Shown one piece after another: positions 38,411-48,918 of a stretch of 64,000 bases of DNA. The notes below the pieces were generated by a model, which was not told the DNA's origin, searched no databases, and saw only the letters and a list, made by a program, of their open reading frames with translations. Numbering within the stretch: the first letter of the stretch is position 1; each line of letters starts with the position of its first letter. The position numbers were made by a program, and so were the translations under genes. Source of the stretch: a virus (Duplodnaviria > Caudoviricetes); the IMG/VR virus record IMGVR_UViG_3300030333_002216, positions 4,352-68,351 of that record; one strand, written 5' to 3'.

Positions 38411-39853
38411 CTAGATATTCAACCCCATTATTCCTCCGGGCATAACGTTGCCCATAGGCCTTACAGGAGTCGTATCAAACAAGTCCATATCATCTAGGAG
38501 GATAAAGTTCTCGCTTGGTGATTGGGTGGCGGCATTGGCTAGAGCGAGGCTCATAACCAAGTCGTCATGTGCGCCAACTCCTTCAAAGCGACCAGACTCC
38601 GTGATGCTGAACATGGATAGTTCCTCAATCAACAGGTTAGTCAACCTTCTGCTGGCATTATCGCCATAGGGGAAATTCAATTTTCCATTCTCTATGTTCA
38701 TTTGTAGGTTGAGTATTATCTCTTGCTTCTTCTTACGAGTGGTGTCGAAGTCCTTAATGTTCAAGTCAGAAATGCTTCTCAACTCCTGAGTGAATGCCTT
38801 GGCGAAAGTGTTAGTCTCATAGAGAACCACTTCCGGTTGGAATATCTTACCAATCAGTCTAATCTTCTCTATGTTCTCCCTGAACTCAACGTTCTTTGCT
38901 CGGTCTACATGGACAATGGTTTTGTTTGCCTCATCATCCACTTCCAAGACTGTTATCACATTGTAGTCACCATCAGTGGATATCGCTGGGTCAACCCCAA
39001 CGTAATACTTGTATCCCTTATCTTTCCTATTTCCTAGTTTCAAAACGTATTCCTTATTCTTACAATTCTGTATGAATTCTGGATTGAACAGTGAGGTTCC
39101 AGTTGATATGGGAACACACAGATACTCACGGGTAAACTTGAGGGAGCCAATCTCAGCCTTCCTCTGTAGCAGAGCATCGGCATCCCATCTCTCAGGCCAT
39201 AATGGTTCATTCAATGCATTGAAGCAAGGATACTTGGTTACGGTATATGCTGGGTTCTCCTCAAGTTGAGCGAATATGTCAGTGTATGTGAATGGAGTGC
39301 CAATCATTCGTAGGTTGGATGTATGGTGAAGAGTGGGTATCATGTCACCAAAGAACCAGTCAGTCACTCTTTGGATAGCGGCTAGGCTGAACTCCTTCAA
39401 CGGGTCGTCAATGATAATTTCCTGTGGGTGGAGTCCTCTAATCTGAGAGCCAACTGACCTCTCTAGGATTGCATTGCCATTGGTTAGTTGTATGTTACCA
39501 ATTGCCCAGTTCCTACTGGGGCGGAACTTCTTCAATGCCGGATGATTGAACATCCTGTCTATCTCACGCATGTGAACAAGAGTCTGCTTCTGGTTCGATG
39601 AGATGTATAGCATCTGAAACGGAGGCTCTTGGAAGATTAGATTCCAAACAACCCAACTGTGCATGAAGACGGACTTGCCGTGGTCACGACTACAGATGAT
39701 GACAGTCCTATCAGTTGTCTGCATTGACTCAAGCCATTCCTCCATGTATGGTGGGAACATCATACCGAGGACGTTCTGGAAGAAGTATGGGAAGGATGTC
39801 TTGGACATCTCCATGTCCATTGCAGAAACGAAGTCCATGTCATCTAGTTCCAT
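38411..39853 (-). CDS. terL: Terminase large subunit
   Basis: Walker A SRDHGKS, IRGLHP..IIIDDP Walker B, IGTP motif III, nuclease GVDPA and HDDLVMSLALA. Confidence 0.95.
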   Translation of the reverse strand: MELDDMDFVSAMDMEMSKTSFPYFFQNVLGMMFPPYMEEWLESMQTTDRTVIICSRDHGKSVFMHSWVVWNLIFQEPPFQMLYISSNQKQTLVHMREIDRMFNHPALKKFRPSRNWAIGNIQLTNGNAILERSVGSQIRGLHPQEIIIDDPLKEFSLAAIQRVTDWFFGDMIPTLHHTSNLRMIGTPFTYTDIFAQLEENPAYTVTKYPCFNALNEPLWPERWDADALLQRKAEIGSLKFTREYLCVPISTGTSLFNPEFIQNCKNKEYVLKLGNRKDKGYKYYVGVDPAISTDGDYNVITVLEVDDEANKTIVHVDRAKNVEFRENIEKIRLIGKIFQPEVVLYETNTFAKAFTQELRSISDLNIKDFDTTRKKKQEIILNLQMNIENGKLNFPYGDNASRRLTNLLIEELSMFSITESGRFEGVGAHDDLVMSLALANAATQSPSENFILLDDMDLFDTTPVRPMGNVMPGGIMGLNI

Positions 39854-40674
39854 CAGGTCTTACCTCCAAATGGATTAGGTGGCCCTCCTCCTCCTTTTCG
39901 CCTTCTCTTGTTATCGATTTGCTTCTTATCTCCACCCAGTGCCTTTGTTCTTTTCTGTTCTAGCCGTTCTATCTCAGTCCTTCGGAATTCATACTGACCA
40001 TCGCCTTTGTATTTGTTCCCTAACTCTCGTTTTTTCTTTTTGTATTTCCTTTGTTTCTTTTTATATGACTCCAAGTCTTCCTCATCTTGCTCTGTCCAAG
40101 TAACTTCAGGCTCTTCCTCTTCTTGTCCCTTGATGTTCTCCCATCTCTCGGTATCATTCGGCCAAAGAGGGAAAATATCAGTGACCTCATTAGCCTCCAT
40201 CTTTGCTTCTATGTTGCCTATTGGGTCATCATATGCATTAACGTCTGTGGGATATACACTATCGAAAACAACTATCCCTCTGGGTGCATCATTATGTCCG
40301 AATCCTGTAGGTTTAGGTCGCGCTTCTCCTCCTCTTACTTGAAAAAGGCCACTACCGGGTAATTCCCTGTTCAAGGGAACCCTTCTCCATGTGACGATAT
40401 AATCCTCGTTATCAGGAGCGGCGAATGAGAAATTCAAATCCCACTCCTCACCTTTGGCCCCTATTTGCCTCCTGACTACTTGGAGGTCATCCTTGTCTAG
40501 TGCGCCTACTGATTCTGATTTTCCCTCAAAATGCGGTCTGGTCATCGTGGTGTTTCTCACACTGTAGCCGTGGTCACTCTTTGGGGTCTGTTTGTCTTTG
40601 TAATGGGTATCGCTGAATTCTACAGCATTGAGCAGTTCCTTGCCACTGATTTTGAGAATATCGAACCAACTCAT
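39853..40674 (-). CDS. W-tag protein (MSWFDILK) with basic C-terminus
   Basis: 273 aa. Confidence 0.75.
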   Translation of the reverse strand: MSWFDILKISGKELLNAVEFSDTHYKDKQTPKSDHGYSVRNTTMTRPHFEGKSESVGALDKDDLQVVRRQIGAKGEEWDLNFSFAAPDNEDYIVTWRRVPLNRELPGSGLFQVRGGEARPKPTGFGHNDAPRGIVVFDSVYPTDVNAYDDPIGNIEAKMEANEVTDIFPLWPNDTERWENIKGQEEEEPEVTWTEQDEEDLESYKKKQRKYKKKKRELGNKYKGDGQYEFRRTEIERLEQKRTKALGGDKKQIDNKRRRKGGGGPPNPFGGKT

Positions 40675-40683
40675 ACTAACACC

Positions 40684-41247
40684 TCATGCCGACTTCTTGA
40701 TTTTGTAGAACCACTTGGCAACAGGCTTGTAGTAGAGTTTCCTAATTGCGGTTGTCTCACTTTCTTCGTTCTCCAACATTGTGAAGACCTCCCTTATGTC
40801 ATCAGGAATGTCATCTTGGTTAATGACGTTGTTATTTGAGTCGAATTGTATCGGCTGGAATCCTTGTCTCTCAAACACACCAAGACCTCTTTTTTTAGCC
40901 GCTCCTACTATTGGCCTGTTGCTGTGCATGTCAATGACTTTGTTTGATATCCAACTACCAGCACCTTTTGTCTCTTCCTCGCTAAGACCAGATTCCGCCG
41001 CGTGGCTTACCAGCCCAGTTAGAAGATAGATATCCTTGTATCCTCCGATGCCTTGAACAGCCAATGGCTTGCCCTCTTCCACTGTTGGATAATATGCTAT
41101 CCAATAGTTCGGGTTTATCGTAGCAAAAGGAGTGTTGTTGAGTTTCTCGTATCTCTCTGCTCTCGTTTTGTAATCTATGCCATGTTCTGCAAAACGTGCT
41201 TTGACTTCATCTTCTGATATTGGCCCTGCCATTTGGAATTCTGTCAT
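40684..41247 (-). CDS. Putative GNAT-fold acetyltransferase-like protein
   Basis: LTGLVSH...KGAGSWI (motif A-like) and VFERQGFQ (motif B-like); ends KWFYKIKKSA. Confidence 0.45.
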   Translation of the reverse strand: MTEFQMAGPISEDEVKARFAEHGIDYKTRAERYEKLNNTPFATINPNYWIAYYPTVEEGKPLAVQGIGGYKDIYLLTGLVSHAAESGLSEEETKGAGSWISNKVIDMHSNRPIVGAAKKRGLGVFERQGFQPIQFDSNNNVINQDDIPDDIREVFTMLENEESETTAIRKLYYKPVAKWFYKIKKSA

Positions 41248-41251
41248 TTAA

Positions 41252-44053
41252 TCACCTGAAAGTCGCCTTTAGGAAATAGACGCTTTCAGATGGAATGCCG
41301 TGTCTCTTGCTTAGACTTTCCATAGAGTCAACATCCTTGACTATGTTCTCTATCTCACTAGCCGTAACTTCAACGTTGTATTCCTTCTCCATGATATCTA
41401 TAGCAGATTCCATGTGGTTGAAGTTATCGAGTTTTGAAGTATTGTGATAGACAGGCTTGCCCATCATCTTACGAATGGTATCATGAACCTCTATCACTGG
41501 GACATCATTCGATTTGACTATGTTCATGTCATCTATTGCGGAATTGAATGCATTGACTTCATCACTCATACCAGCCTTATCATAGACTGATTGGCTTCTC
41601 TCCAAGTATAGTTGAACTGCTTCGATTGGGTATATCTCGCTCTTCTCCCATCTACCTGCCAACTCAGCCACGCTAGTCCCTCTAGGGAACTGCACATCTG
41701 GTTTGTTGTTTCGCTGGAGGAAGTCATGGAACCACTTCCCTATTTCAATGTCCAATGCGTCATTGAATGATTGACCACCGACTGCCATGATTTGATTAGT
41801 GACCTTCTTCAATTCTCTCAAGGCGGTTTTCAACCGCTCCATATCCTTGAACTTAGATGGGGTGCTTAGTTCCTTCAAAGCAGTAGTCATCCTCTGCAAT
41901 TGCTTTGGTGCTATTATTCCGCCTTGTCCTATGCTCTCAGCCCATAGTAGCATGAAGAAGGCATTTGCGTTTCGATTGTCTTGTGCAAGGGTCTTGAACA
42001 AATCAATAGCAGAGCCTAATTCCCCTCTGTCACCGAAGGCGATTGGGTCATCGAATGGCCTGTATCTGCTATTGACGGGCTTAACGTAATACTCAAAGAT
42101 AGCATCCAGCATCTTATTGAAGTCATCCTTTAGAGTGCCGAGTTCGTCTACGAATGATTCCGTTCTAGATGAGCCGAAATGAGTCGTTGATATGGTTGGG
42201 GCAATGGTTTTCCCATCCTTGTCCTTCTCACTGCTCACAGTAGTGCTAACCGGACTCGATAGTCTCTCCATTTCATTCTCACTACTGTCTATTATCCTAC
42301 CAACAGTCTCTAGGAAATCAGTGATGTTTTCGACATTGCTACTGTAGTCCTTCAGCATCTTCCTTGAGTCCTCATCGAGTTCGTTCCACAACTCCCTATC
42401 CTCAATCATCATAATCAGTTTGTTTGAGACAGGAAGATGATACTCCTTCCTAGTAGTAGCGGCCTGTTGCATTAGCCTATCAATGTGGTTCGACAACTCG
42501 GAACCTATGTCGACTGTGTATTTGGCTCCGGCAATTGCGAAGTTCCTTGTGAGCCTCCTCATCTCCTTCAGGAAAACAGGTGTGTCCAACCATGCCTCGT
42601 ATTTGTTCTCCTTGTTCTGTTGGGGTGCGAAGACATAGTAGAACAATGGGTCTACTTCGACATCTTGCATTAGGTTCTTGAGTTTCCTACCGAGTCTGCT
42701 TCTCTCTTGCATGTTGCTTCTTGCTTCTTCAGAAATCTTAGTGGGTGGCGAAATCTCAGTGTCATACTTCCCCTTCCCTTCTATGCCTCCCTCGTCAGCA
42801 ATTAACACATCTTCTGCCTCTTCCTCATCCATACCTAAATCGTCACTAGCATTGTCTCCTCGTATGGGGTTACCTTCCTCGTCTAGTCTGAAGGCCGCGC
42901 TTCCTACTCCAAGTGGCCCTAGTTCATCCTTTAATTCCTCTACCAGTTTCTTCTGTGAATACCTACCACTTCCGAGGTTCTGAGATATGGTCATCCAACG
43001 CTCAAAGAGTATGGTGTATTTGTCCCTCTTATCCACATGGTCTTGCATCTTGAATGGCTTCATCTGGAATGTGTATTGCATACTGTGTGGGAACTGGTCG
43101 AACTCCTTTGCATATTTCTGTATCTTCTTGATGAGGTTATTGAGTCTCTCGTTGTTAGAATCGAATCCTTCCAATGCGTCAGTAAAATCCTTGACTGCGG
43201 TTTGTAGTTCTCCGAATTCGTTCTCATGGATTCCCTGCCAGTAGTCGTATATCTCCTCTCTACGCGATAGGAATTTCAAGTCCAACTTACCGATTAACTT
43301 GTCAGCATCCAACTTATCAGCATCGTAATACGGCATCTCGCCCTGAATGTAATTAGACAAATAGGATACCAGAGGAGCCATGCGATTCCTCAACTTACTG
43401 TCCTTCTCAGACTCTAGGACTCTCTTGTATGTCTTCAGTTTGCTAGGGCTAGTATCACCGACAATCTGTAGGTTCCTCAGAGATGGGACTTCACCAGATA
43501 GGAACATGTGAAGATTGAGCCTCTTCCCCTCTGCCTTGAAGTTCCTCAGAACCTTCTCCGTCTTGGTGGTTGCTTCAGTGACGACTTCACTAGCCTTGCC
43601 CTTAGTAGAAAGTCTCTTCAATTTAGACAGAACGAACATGATGTATTTGTTTTCGTTTCTGAGTCTGCCTAATGATGGGTATTTCTCTCTGAGTTGTTGA
43701 GCCACTACATCCGCTTGAGCCTCTGTCTCTTGCTCCTTCTCGGAATCAGCGAGTAACTCAAACATCCATCCCTGTAGTGTGATGTCACCTTCTCTCATCA
43801 AGAACATCCTATTGGTAGACACCTCACTAGTTACTTGGTCATCCTCCACTATTTCCCAGAACTCTTCAGGTGTAATCTCCTTGCGGAATGCTCTCACGAT
43901 TTTACCAGAGGTTTCCCTAGTATGTTCGGCCTCCTTTTCCGGGTCAACCTGATTCAGGTAATCTACCACGTTATTCAGGAAGGTTGGCCTATCCTCTAAG
44001 AGGAACTTCCTAACCCATTTGGGCTTCTCCTTGAGTAGTAGTTCTAATGTCAT
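41252..44053 (-). CDS. Large helical hypothetical protein (about 933 aa)
   Basis: Likely start MTLELLLK at ATG 44053 (ATGA overlap). Confidence 0.75.
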   Translation of the reverse strand: MTLELLLKEKPKWVRKFLLEDRPTFLNNVVDYLNQVDPEKEAEHTRETSGKIVRAFRKEITPEEFWEIVEDDQVTSEVSTNRMFLMREGDITLQGWMFELLADSEKEQETEAQADVVAQQLREKYPSLGRLRNENKYIMFVLSKLKRLSTKGKASEVVTEATTKTEKVLRNFKAEGKRLNLHMFLSGEVPSLRNLQIVGDTSPSKLKTYKRVLESEKDSKLRNRMAPLVSYLSNYIQGEMPYYDADKLDADKLIGKLDLKFLSRREEIYDYWQGIHENEFGELQTAVKDFTDALEGFDSNNERLNNLIKKIQKYAKEFDQFPHSMQYTFQMKPFKMQDHVDKRDKYTILFERWMTISQNLGSGRYSQKKLVEELKDELGPLGVGSAAFRLDEEGNPIRGDNASDDLGMDEEEAEDVLIADEGGIEGKGKYDTEISPPTKISEEARSNMQERSRLGRKLKNLMQDVEVDPLFYYVFAPQQNKENKYEAWLDTPVFLKEMRRLTRNFAIAGAKYTVDIGSELSNHIDRLMQQAATTRKEYHLPVSNKLIMMIEDRELWNELDEDSRKMLKDYSSNVENITDFLETVGRIIDSSENEMERLSSPVSTTVSSEKDKDGKTIAPTISTTHFGSSRTESFVDELGTLKDDFNKMLDAIFEYYVKPVNSRYRPFDDPIAFGDRGELGSAIDLFKTLAQDNRNANAFFMLLWAESIGQGGIIAPKQLQRMTTALKELSTPSKFKDMERLKTALRELKKVTNQIMAVGGQSFNDALDIEIGKWFHDFLQRNNKPDVQFPRGTSVAELAGRWEKSEIYPIEAVQLYLERSQSVYDKAGMSDEVNAFNSAIDDMNIVKSNDVPVIEVHDTIRKMMGKPVYHNTSKLDNFNHMESAIDIMEKEYNVEVTASEIENIVKDVDSMESLSKRHGIPSESVYFLKATFR

Positions 44054-45696
44054 GTTCTCTCCCACAACCACTCCAACGGCTCTACCGTGTTCTTCTCATG
44101 TAGATAATTACTGTTGTAATCACTTAGCAACTCTGACATCTTTTTCTTTATCGCATCAAGGAAGGCAGTTCTAATGTTACCATACTGAGTAGAGGACAAT
44201 GCTTCGGTTAGTCTCTCTTTATTCTCTTCACTTTGCTCTACCGTGTATTGGTAAACTGCTTCCTTTACCTCACTGTCTCTATCCTCATACACTTGTTCTA
44301 TCCTAACCATGTATAAGACGAAATCTCCTATCATCACTTGGTTCTTATTTCCCTCTGCCGCTTCTAGGATTATCTTGTTCGGACTCTCCGCCTCTGCGAG
44401 GGTTTGCAGATATTGTGGGAATGCCTTACCGCTTGCCACGCTAGAAGATAATTCCTTCAAGCGTCCTTCAGAATCCCATAGTTCTATACCTTCATCTTTT
44501 AGGACTTCAGAATTCTCTAGCCTGTTCTTTGTTTCTCCGTCAACTGGCCTATAGAAACCAGACACCTTCTCCTTGAAACTAGCGAGGTCTTCCCTATGTT
44601 CATCCATCATCTCCTCAAGAGCATCCTTGGAATTAATGCCGTATACCTTCAATGAGTCATCATAATCTTCTGCCATCATCTTCTCATAGGCTTGTGCGGG
44701 AATGGAGAACTTAACCTCTGTAGTGATATCCTCTACTTTCATCTCACTTCCAAGGGCTTCCATTAGTTCTTTGAAGTCCTTAGTGAGATTCCTATCTGCG
44801 GCAACTGTGTTCTCAAACCCACTGAGTGTTTCGCTATTGTCCCATGCATCCTGTATGGCTCCACCTACTTTGCTACTTCTCAAGCGATTCAATATGATTT
44901 CTTTCTTCGTGCTTGTCTTAGTATCTGCAACTGCGAGGAACTGCTCAAGGTCTACATCCTCGTTCTTCAGGATGTATGCAGTAGCAGGTGGTAAATTCCC
45001 ACTTTGGTTAGAGGCTAGTCCATAGACCTTTATCGCAAGGTTTGGTTGTGAGTGGGTGATAGGCAAATAGGATGTTTTGCCTAGTCTAATCTCATCTCCT
45101 TTACTTGGTAACTTCAGGTCATTCACTACCATCTTCACATAGTCGTATACCAAGTCATCTCCGATGGCATCTGGTGATACCTGCTTCTTCTTCTCCTCTA
45201 TGGGTTCTAATCTCTTGAAGACCTGCTTGAATTTCTCAGCAAGGTCGGGCTTGTCCTTCAGATACTCGCGTAATTCATCCCCGTTTTTCTTATTCCATTG
45301 TTGAATCAGATGAGCCATTGCTCTATTCTTAGTATTCTCTACTAGTTCTAATAGAGCATCATGGTTACCATCCAAGAACGCTCTAATCTTATCAGCAATG
45401 TGAGGTTGAGTCTCCTTGGTTGGCTGGGACAACCCATCCCTTGTGTCCTTCAACAATTGTAGAATCTCTTCTCTATCAGATGCATCCCAACCCGTTTGTT
45501 GGAATTTCTCCTCAAACTCCTCACCCTCATACCTCTGTATCTTGTTGATTAGTCTAGTCAGTTGCTTCTTGCTCTTGATGCTATCTTCAATCTCCATTGG
45601 GATAGAAGCCATTTGAGCGGCTGTCGCCTGTCCAGCAAATTTAACCTCGTCTTCAGTCAAGAAGGGTCTTCCTTTGAGAACAGTATGCCATGTCAT
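44050..45696 (-). CDS. Helical W-tag protein (MTWHTVLK)
   Basis: 548 aa; GGTGA RBS. Confidence 0.75.
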   Translation of the reverse strand: MTWHTVLKGRPFLTEDEVKFAGQATAAQMASIPMEIEDSIKSKKQLTRLINKIQRYEGEEFEEKFQQTGWDASDREEILQLLKDTRDGLSQPTKETQPHIADKIRAFLDGNHDALLELVENTKNRAMAHLIQQWNKKNGDELREYLKDKPDLAEKFKQVFKRLEPIEEKKKQVSPDAIGDDLVYDYVKMVVNDLKLPSKGDEIRLGKTSYLPITHSQPNLAIKVYGLASNQSGNLPPATAYILKNEDVDLEQFLAVADTKTSTKKEIILNRLRSSKVGGAIQDAWDNSETLSGFENTVAADRNLTKDFKELMEALGSEMKVEDITTEVKFSIPAQAYEKMMAEDYDDSLKVYGINSKDALEEMMDEHREDLASFKEKVSGFYRPVDGETKNRLENSEVLKDEGIELWDSEGRLKELSSSVASGKAFPQYLQTLAEAESPNKIILEAAEGNKNQVMIGDFVLYMVRIEQVYEDRDSEVKEAVYQYTVEQSEENKERLTEALSSTQYGNIRTAFLDAIKKKMSELLSDYNSNYLHEKNTVEPLEWLWERT

Positions 45697-45700
45697 TGTA

Positions 45701-46573
45701 TCACCTCAATTTATCCTCAATGAATGCTATCACATCTGGTTCAGCATTGTTCTGTCTCAGGATGGCTAGGTTCTGTGCGCTGAACTTGAAGCCCTTGTTA
45801 TCGAAGGCTCTTACCTTGTTTCTTACTTGTTGAGTAACCCAATCCTTGTCTTGTGCCATTCTGTCGTTGAAGATTTGTCTCAGGTCTTTGCTCAGAGATA
45901 TAGCAGGGAATACCTTGTCCTTATTCTTACCCATCTCCAATGCACGAAGACGACCCATGACTCCTCTCAGCGTCTTCATGTCCTTTGCATTACTAGGGTC
46001 ATATCCTTCTAATCTAAGACCACCCTTCCCTACCTCATGTTTGTTAGTTGTAGCCCATACCCTGCGTTGCTTCATCTCTTCTGGAAGTTCGTTCTGTTCC
46101 CAATACGCATCCACTTGTTTCTTTGTCACTGGTTGTAGTTCATCATAGTAGTATCCCAATTTATTCTCCCAAGGCTTGGGGAATGGTGGTGGGCTTTTCA
46201 ACACACTAAACCAACCGTTTCTTTCTTTGTCTTCGCTTGCCAATTTGTAGCCTCCTTGATTTCTGAATCGACTTCTCATTTGTCCCTCAACACCAATGCC
46301 TGTTGCATTGCTTTCCAATGCATCTGCTAACTGTTGTCTCATCCAAGCCTTCCATTTGACTCTAGGACTGCTTGGCAGACTAATCTGATGTGGCTCGTTT
46401 GAAGGGTCATGTTGCTCGGATGGATTCGCTTCAGTATATCTGATTATACCCCCATGCGCTCTATCCGGTTCTGCGCTTACAACTTTCCATTTGGGGAGAT
46501 TCCTCTTGATGAACGCAACTGCTTGGGCAAGTTTACCCTGCTTCTTGTGTAGCGTTTCTCCCCAATTCATCAT
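45701..46573 (-). CDS. Two-part protein with N-terminal and internal W-tags
   Basis: MMNWGETLHK start; internal GWFSVLKS. Confidence 0.7.
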   Translation of the reverse strand: MMNWGETLHKKQGKLAQAVAFIKRNLPKWKVVSAEPDRAHGGIIRYTEANPSEQHDPSNEPHQISLPSSPRVKWKAWMRQQLADALESNATGIGVEGQMRSRFRNQGGYKLASEDKERNGWFSVLKSPPPFPKPWENKLGYYYDELQPVTKKQVDAYWEQNELPEEMKQRRVWATTNKHEVGKGGLRLEGYDPSNAKDMKTLRGVMGRLRALEMGKNKDKVFPAISLSKDLRQIFNDRMAQDKDWVTQQVRNKVRAFDNKGFKFSAQNLAILRQNNAEPDVIAFIEDKLR

Positions 46574-46574
46574 A

Positions 46575-46871
46575 TCACTTTCCATACATTAGAGTTTGAG
46601 CATCATCCTTGGCTTTCTCATGAAGTTTCTTTGGAACCCAAGGGGGATTCCATCCGAGTTTTGCCTCCTTGTGTTCCTTCGGTGGCTCCTTGTCGAACTT
46701 GAATCCCTTTGGTGGTGGAATCTGATAATCAAAGTTATCACCACACCATGCACAGTATTCTTGACCCTCTTCTACAGGCCTTATGCAGTTATTCCTACAA
46801 AGCAGATATCCTAACTTGTATTTCCTATCGGCATATACCTTCTTCGCTTTCACTATATCCTTCCAACTCAT
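46575..46871 (-). CDS. W-tag zinc-finger protein (MSWKDIVK)
   Basis: Start re-assigned to ATG 46871 (ATGA overlap); CRNNC...YCAWC. Confidence 0.7.
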   Translation of the reverse strand: MSWKDIVKAKKVYADRKYKLGYLLCRNNCIRPVEEGQEYCAWCGDNFDYQIPPPKGFKFDKEPPKEHKEAKLGWNPPWVPKKLHEKAKDDAQTLMYGK

Positions 46872-47524
46872 TGCATCTTCTCCTCCATTTGCTTTCTTAC
46901 ATCTAGCCACACTTCAGGGTGGTTCTGTGCTAGAACCTCCTTGATTACTTGCATTTGATGAACGATAATAGTGTCTTGTCTCTTGTGAACCAACTTGCCC
47001 TTGAACTCCATGAGATACTTCAGGCTCTCACGAATCTCCTTTGCCAACTTGGTTAGTGAATCGATATACTTGGGGTCAACACCATCCTGTGCAAACAACT
47101 CATCCACCTTTGTCTCAAGCCTACCGATGTTATTACTGAGGACTCCAATCTCGTCAACGTCCTTCTGTGCGATTAGTTGAGCGGCTGACTGTTGGACTAG
47201 TGGTTGCAGGTGGTGCTTCATGTGCCTCATTATCTGGTCTTCCGAACAACCGACAACCTCAGCCGCAACCGTTGGTGTCATCACCCCATCGTGAACCTGC
47301 TTCTCAATCTCGCTTCTGATTGGGTGTATGCAAATCTTGCATCGTGGGTTAGACGCATTGGTGTAGCCAGCCATGTGATTCCTCTGATGTCTTGAGGATG
47401 TGCCACTAGGCCAATTCATCCTATTGTCCAACTCATCGGGAGATATGGCAATGCTCTCCAAGTCATGCTCTAGTTGCTCACGGTCTTCGTGATTGCAAAG
47501 TGCGCATCTCTTTCTTGTAATCAT
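46868..47524 (-). CDS. Putative terminase small subunit / duplicated Zn-HTH DNA-binding protein
   Basis: Two CxxCxH-x2-R-x2-[IL]E...RHxxxH repeats followed by a coiled coil. Confidence 0.5.
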   Translation of the reverse strand: MITRKRCALCNHEDREQLEHDLESIAISPDELDNRMNWPSGTSSRHQRNHMAGYTNASNPRCKICIHPIRSEIEKQVHDGVMTPTVAAEVVGCSEDQIMRHMKHHLQPLVQQSAAQLIAQKDVDEIGVLSNNIGRLETKVDELFAQDGVDPKYIDSLTKLAKEIRESLKYLMEFKGKLVHKRQDTIIVHQMQVIKEVLAQNHPEVWLDVRKQMEEKMQ

Positions 47525-48909
47525 TATTTCACATCCAATGTTGTTTGCTCACCAGTTAGGTGTTCTTTCTCTTTCTTTCTTTTATTAGCAAGTTCTTCTC
47601 TGAATTGTTTTGTTCTCTCTAAGTTATTAACTGCGGCTACATTCTTCCTACCGCCATAACCCGGCAAAAACTGTCCTTTCACATCCCTACCTAGTTTAGT
47701 TTGAACGGTCTTGTCTTTAGGTTTCTTCGCGTTTTCCGCATCCTTCTTCTCCTTGGCTTCTCTCGCCGCTTTAGCGGCCCCAGATTCCTGTGAGCCATCT
47801 GACATTATATTACCAAACGTAGTCTGTCCGTCATCCTTCACTTCACCCATCCAACTACCCGCATCCCATTGCTCGGCACTGCTCAATTGGTCTTTCACAT
47901 TCTGTGATAGTCCTTCTTTTTCCTTTGGTGGTGCTTTCTCGTATGGGTGTAGTCTCTCTCTTTCGGCTTCAACTTCTGCACTTGTCGCAGTAGCGGTTCC
48001 AGTTATCTTCTTGCGATTCAGTTCTGCTAATGCGTTGTTCTTCTCACGTTGGATGTCTATTCTGTCCTCAGCACTAGCATCTCTTAGGCGAGTCTCAAAC
48101 TTCTCTTCTACCTCTTTTATTTGCCTATCAATTCCTTCTAATGTAGCAGGGTCAGTTACCTCTTGTGTTCTACTCATTCGCCACTGCGGATTACCAGTCT
48201 GCTCTTGCATATGTGCCTCGTATTCCGCTAGGTGTTCTTTCCTCTGTGATTCAGTGGGTTTCTTAGTTCCACCAAATCCAGTCCAGTCCCTTATGAAATT
48301 CTTTGCCTTTGCCTTCCCAGCAGTGTCAGCATATCCCTTCTCTCTAAGCCACTGCTGATAGTTGGCCCCTTCTTCGTTGAGTATTGGTTGATTTCTACCT
48401 TGCATTTGTGATACCCTCTCTTGAAATTGTTCCTCTGACTCACCAACGTTTCTAGTTGCCCCTCTTTTACTCTTGACGGGTGATGCGGATTGGTGATAAC
48501 TCGCAATGTTAGTAGGGGTCGGAGCCATACTCCTAGCACCTTGCACGATGTTTTGTGGTATATTCCGAACACCTCTGTCAATTTGACTTGCCGTTCCTCT
48601 GACCCCTGTTGTTACATCATGCAGGATGTTCTTACCAGTTTGCACTGCCGCATCTTTTCCTTGTTGCAAGGTCTGCCTAACATTCGCACTAAGCGGAGCC
48701 GTCTTGTCTGCAATATATTGCCCTGCTCTTTGCATTCTTCCCGGCACTTGGTTACCAACACTTGTAGTAGGAGGTGTATTGGCTTGAGCATAGGCCTGTT
48801 CGTCTGCTATTCTTGCATCTCTTATTGCGGCGGGATTACTTGTGTCTACTACTCTAGTGGCTTGCTCAAGGTCTTCCCTCATATCCTTGAGAATGTCAAA
48901 CCAACTCAT
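47524..48909 (-). CDS. W-tag protein (MSWFDILK), Q-rich and largely disordered
   Basis: About 461 aa; ATG at 48909 preferred over GTG 48918. Confidence 0.75.
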   Translation of the reverse strand: MSWFDILKDMREDLEQATRVVDTSNPAAIRDARIADEQAYAQANTPPTTSVGNQVPGRMQRAGQYIADKTAPLSANVRQTLQQGKDAAVQTGKNILHDVTTGVRGTASQIDRGVRNIPQNIVQGARSMAPTPTNIASYHQSASPVKSKRGATRNVGESEEQFQERVSQMQGRNQPILNEEGANYQQWLREKGYADTAGKAKAKNFIRDWTGFGGTKKPTESQRKEHLAEYEAHMQEQTGNPQWRMSRTQEVTDPATLEGIDRQIKEVEEKFETRLRDASAEDRIDIQREKNNALAELNRKKITGTATATSAEVEAERERLHPYEKAPPKEKEGLSQNVKDQLSSAEQWDAGSWMGEVKDDGQTTFGNIMSDGSQESGAAKAAREAKEKKDAENAKKPKDKTVQTKLGRDVKGQFLPGYGGRKNVAAVNNLERTKQFREELANKRKKEKEHLTGEQTTLDVK

Positions 48910-48918
48910 TTTATCCAC

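Noticed and set aside
36951-39853. LAGLIDADG domain as part of an intein or intron in terminase or portal
   Set aside because: Terminase and portal are intact separate ORFs and no intein terminal motifs are visible
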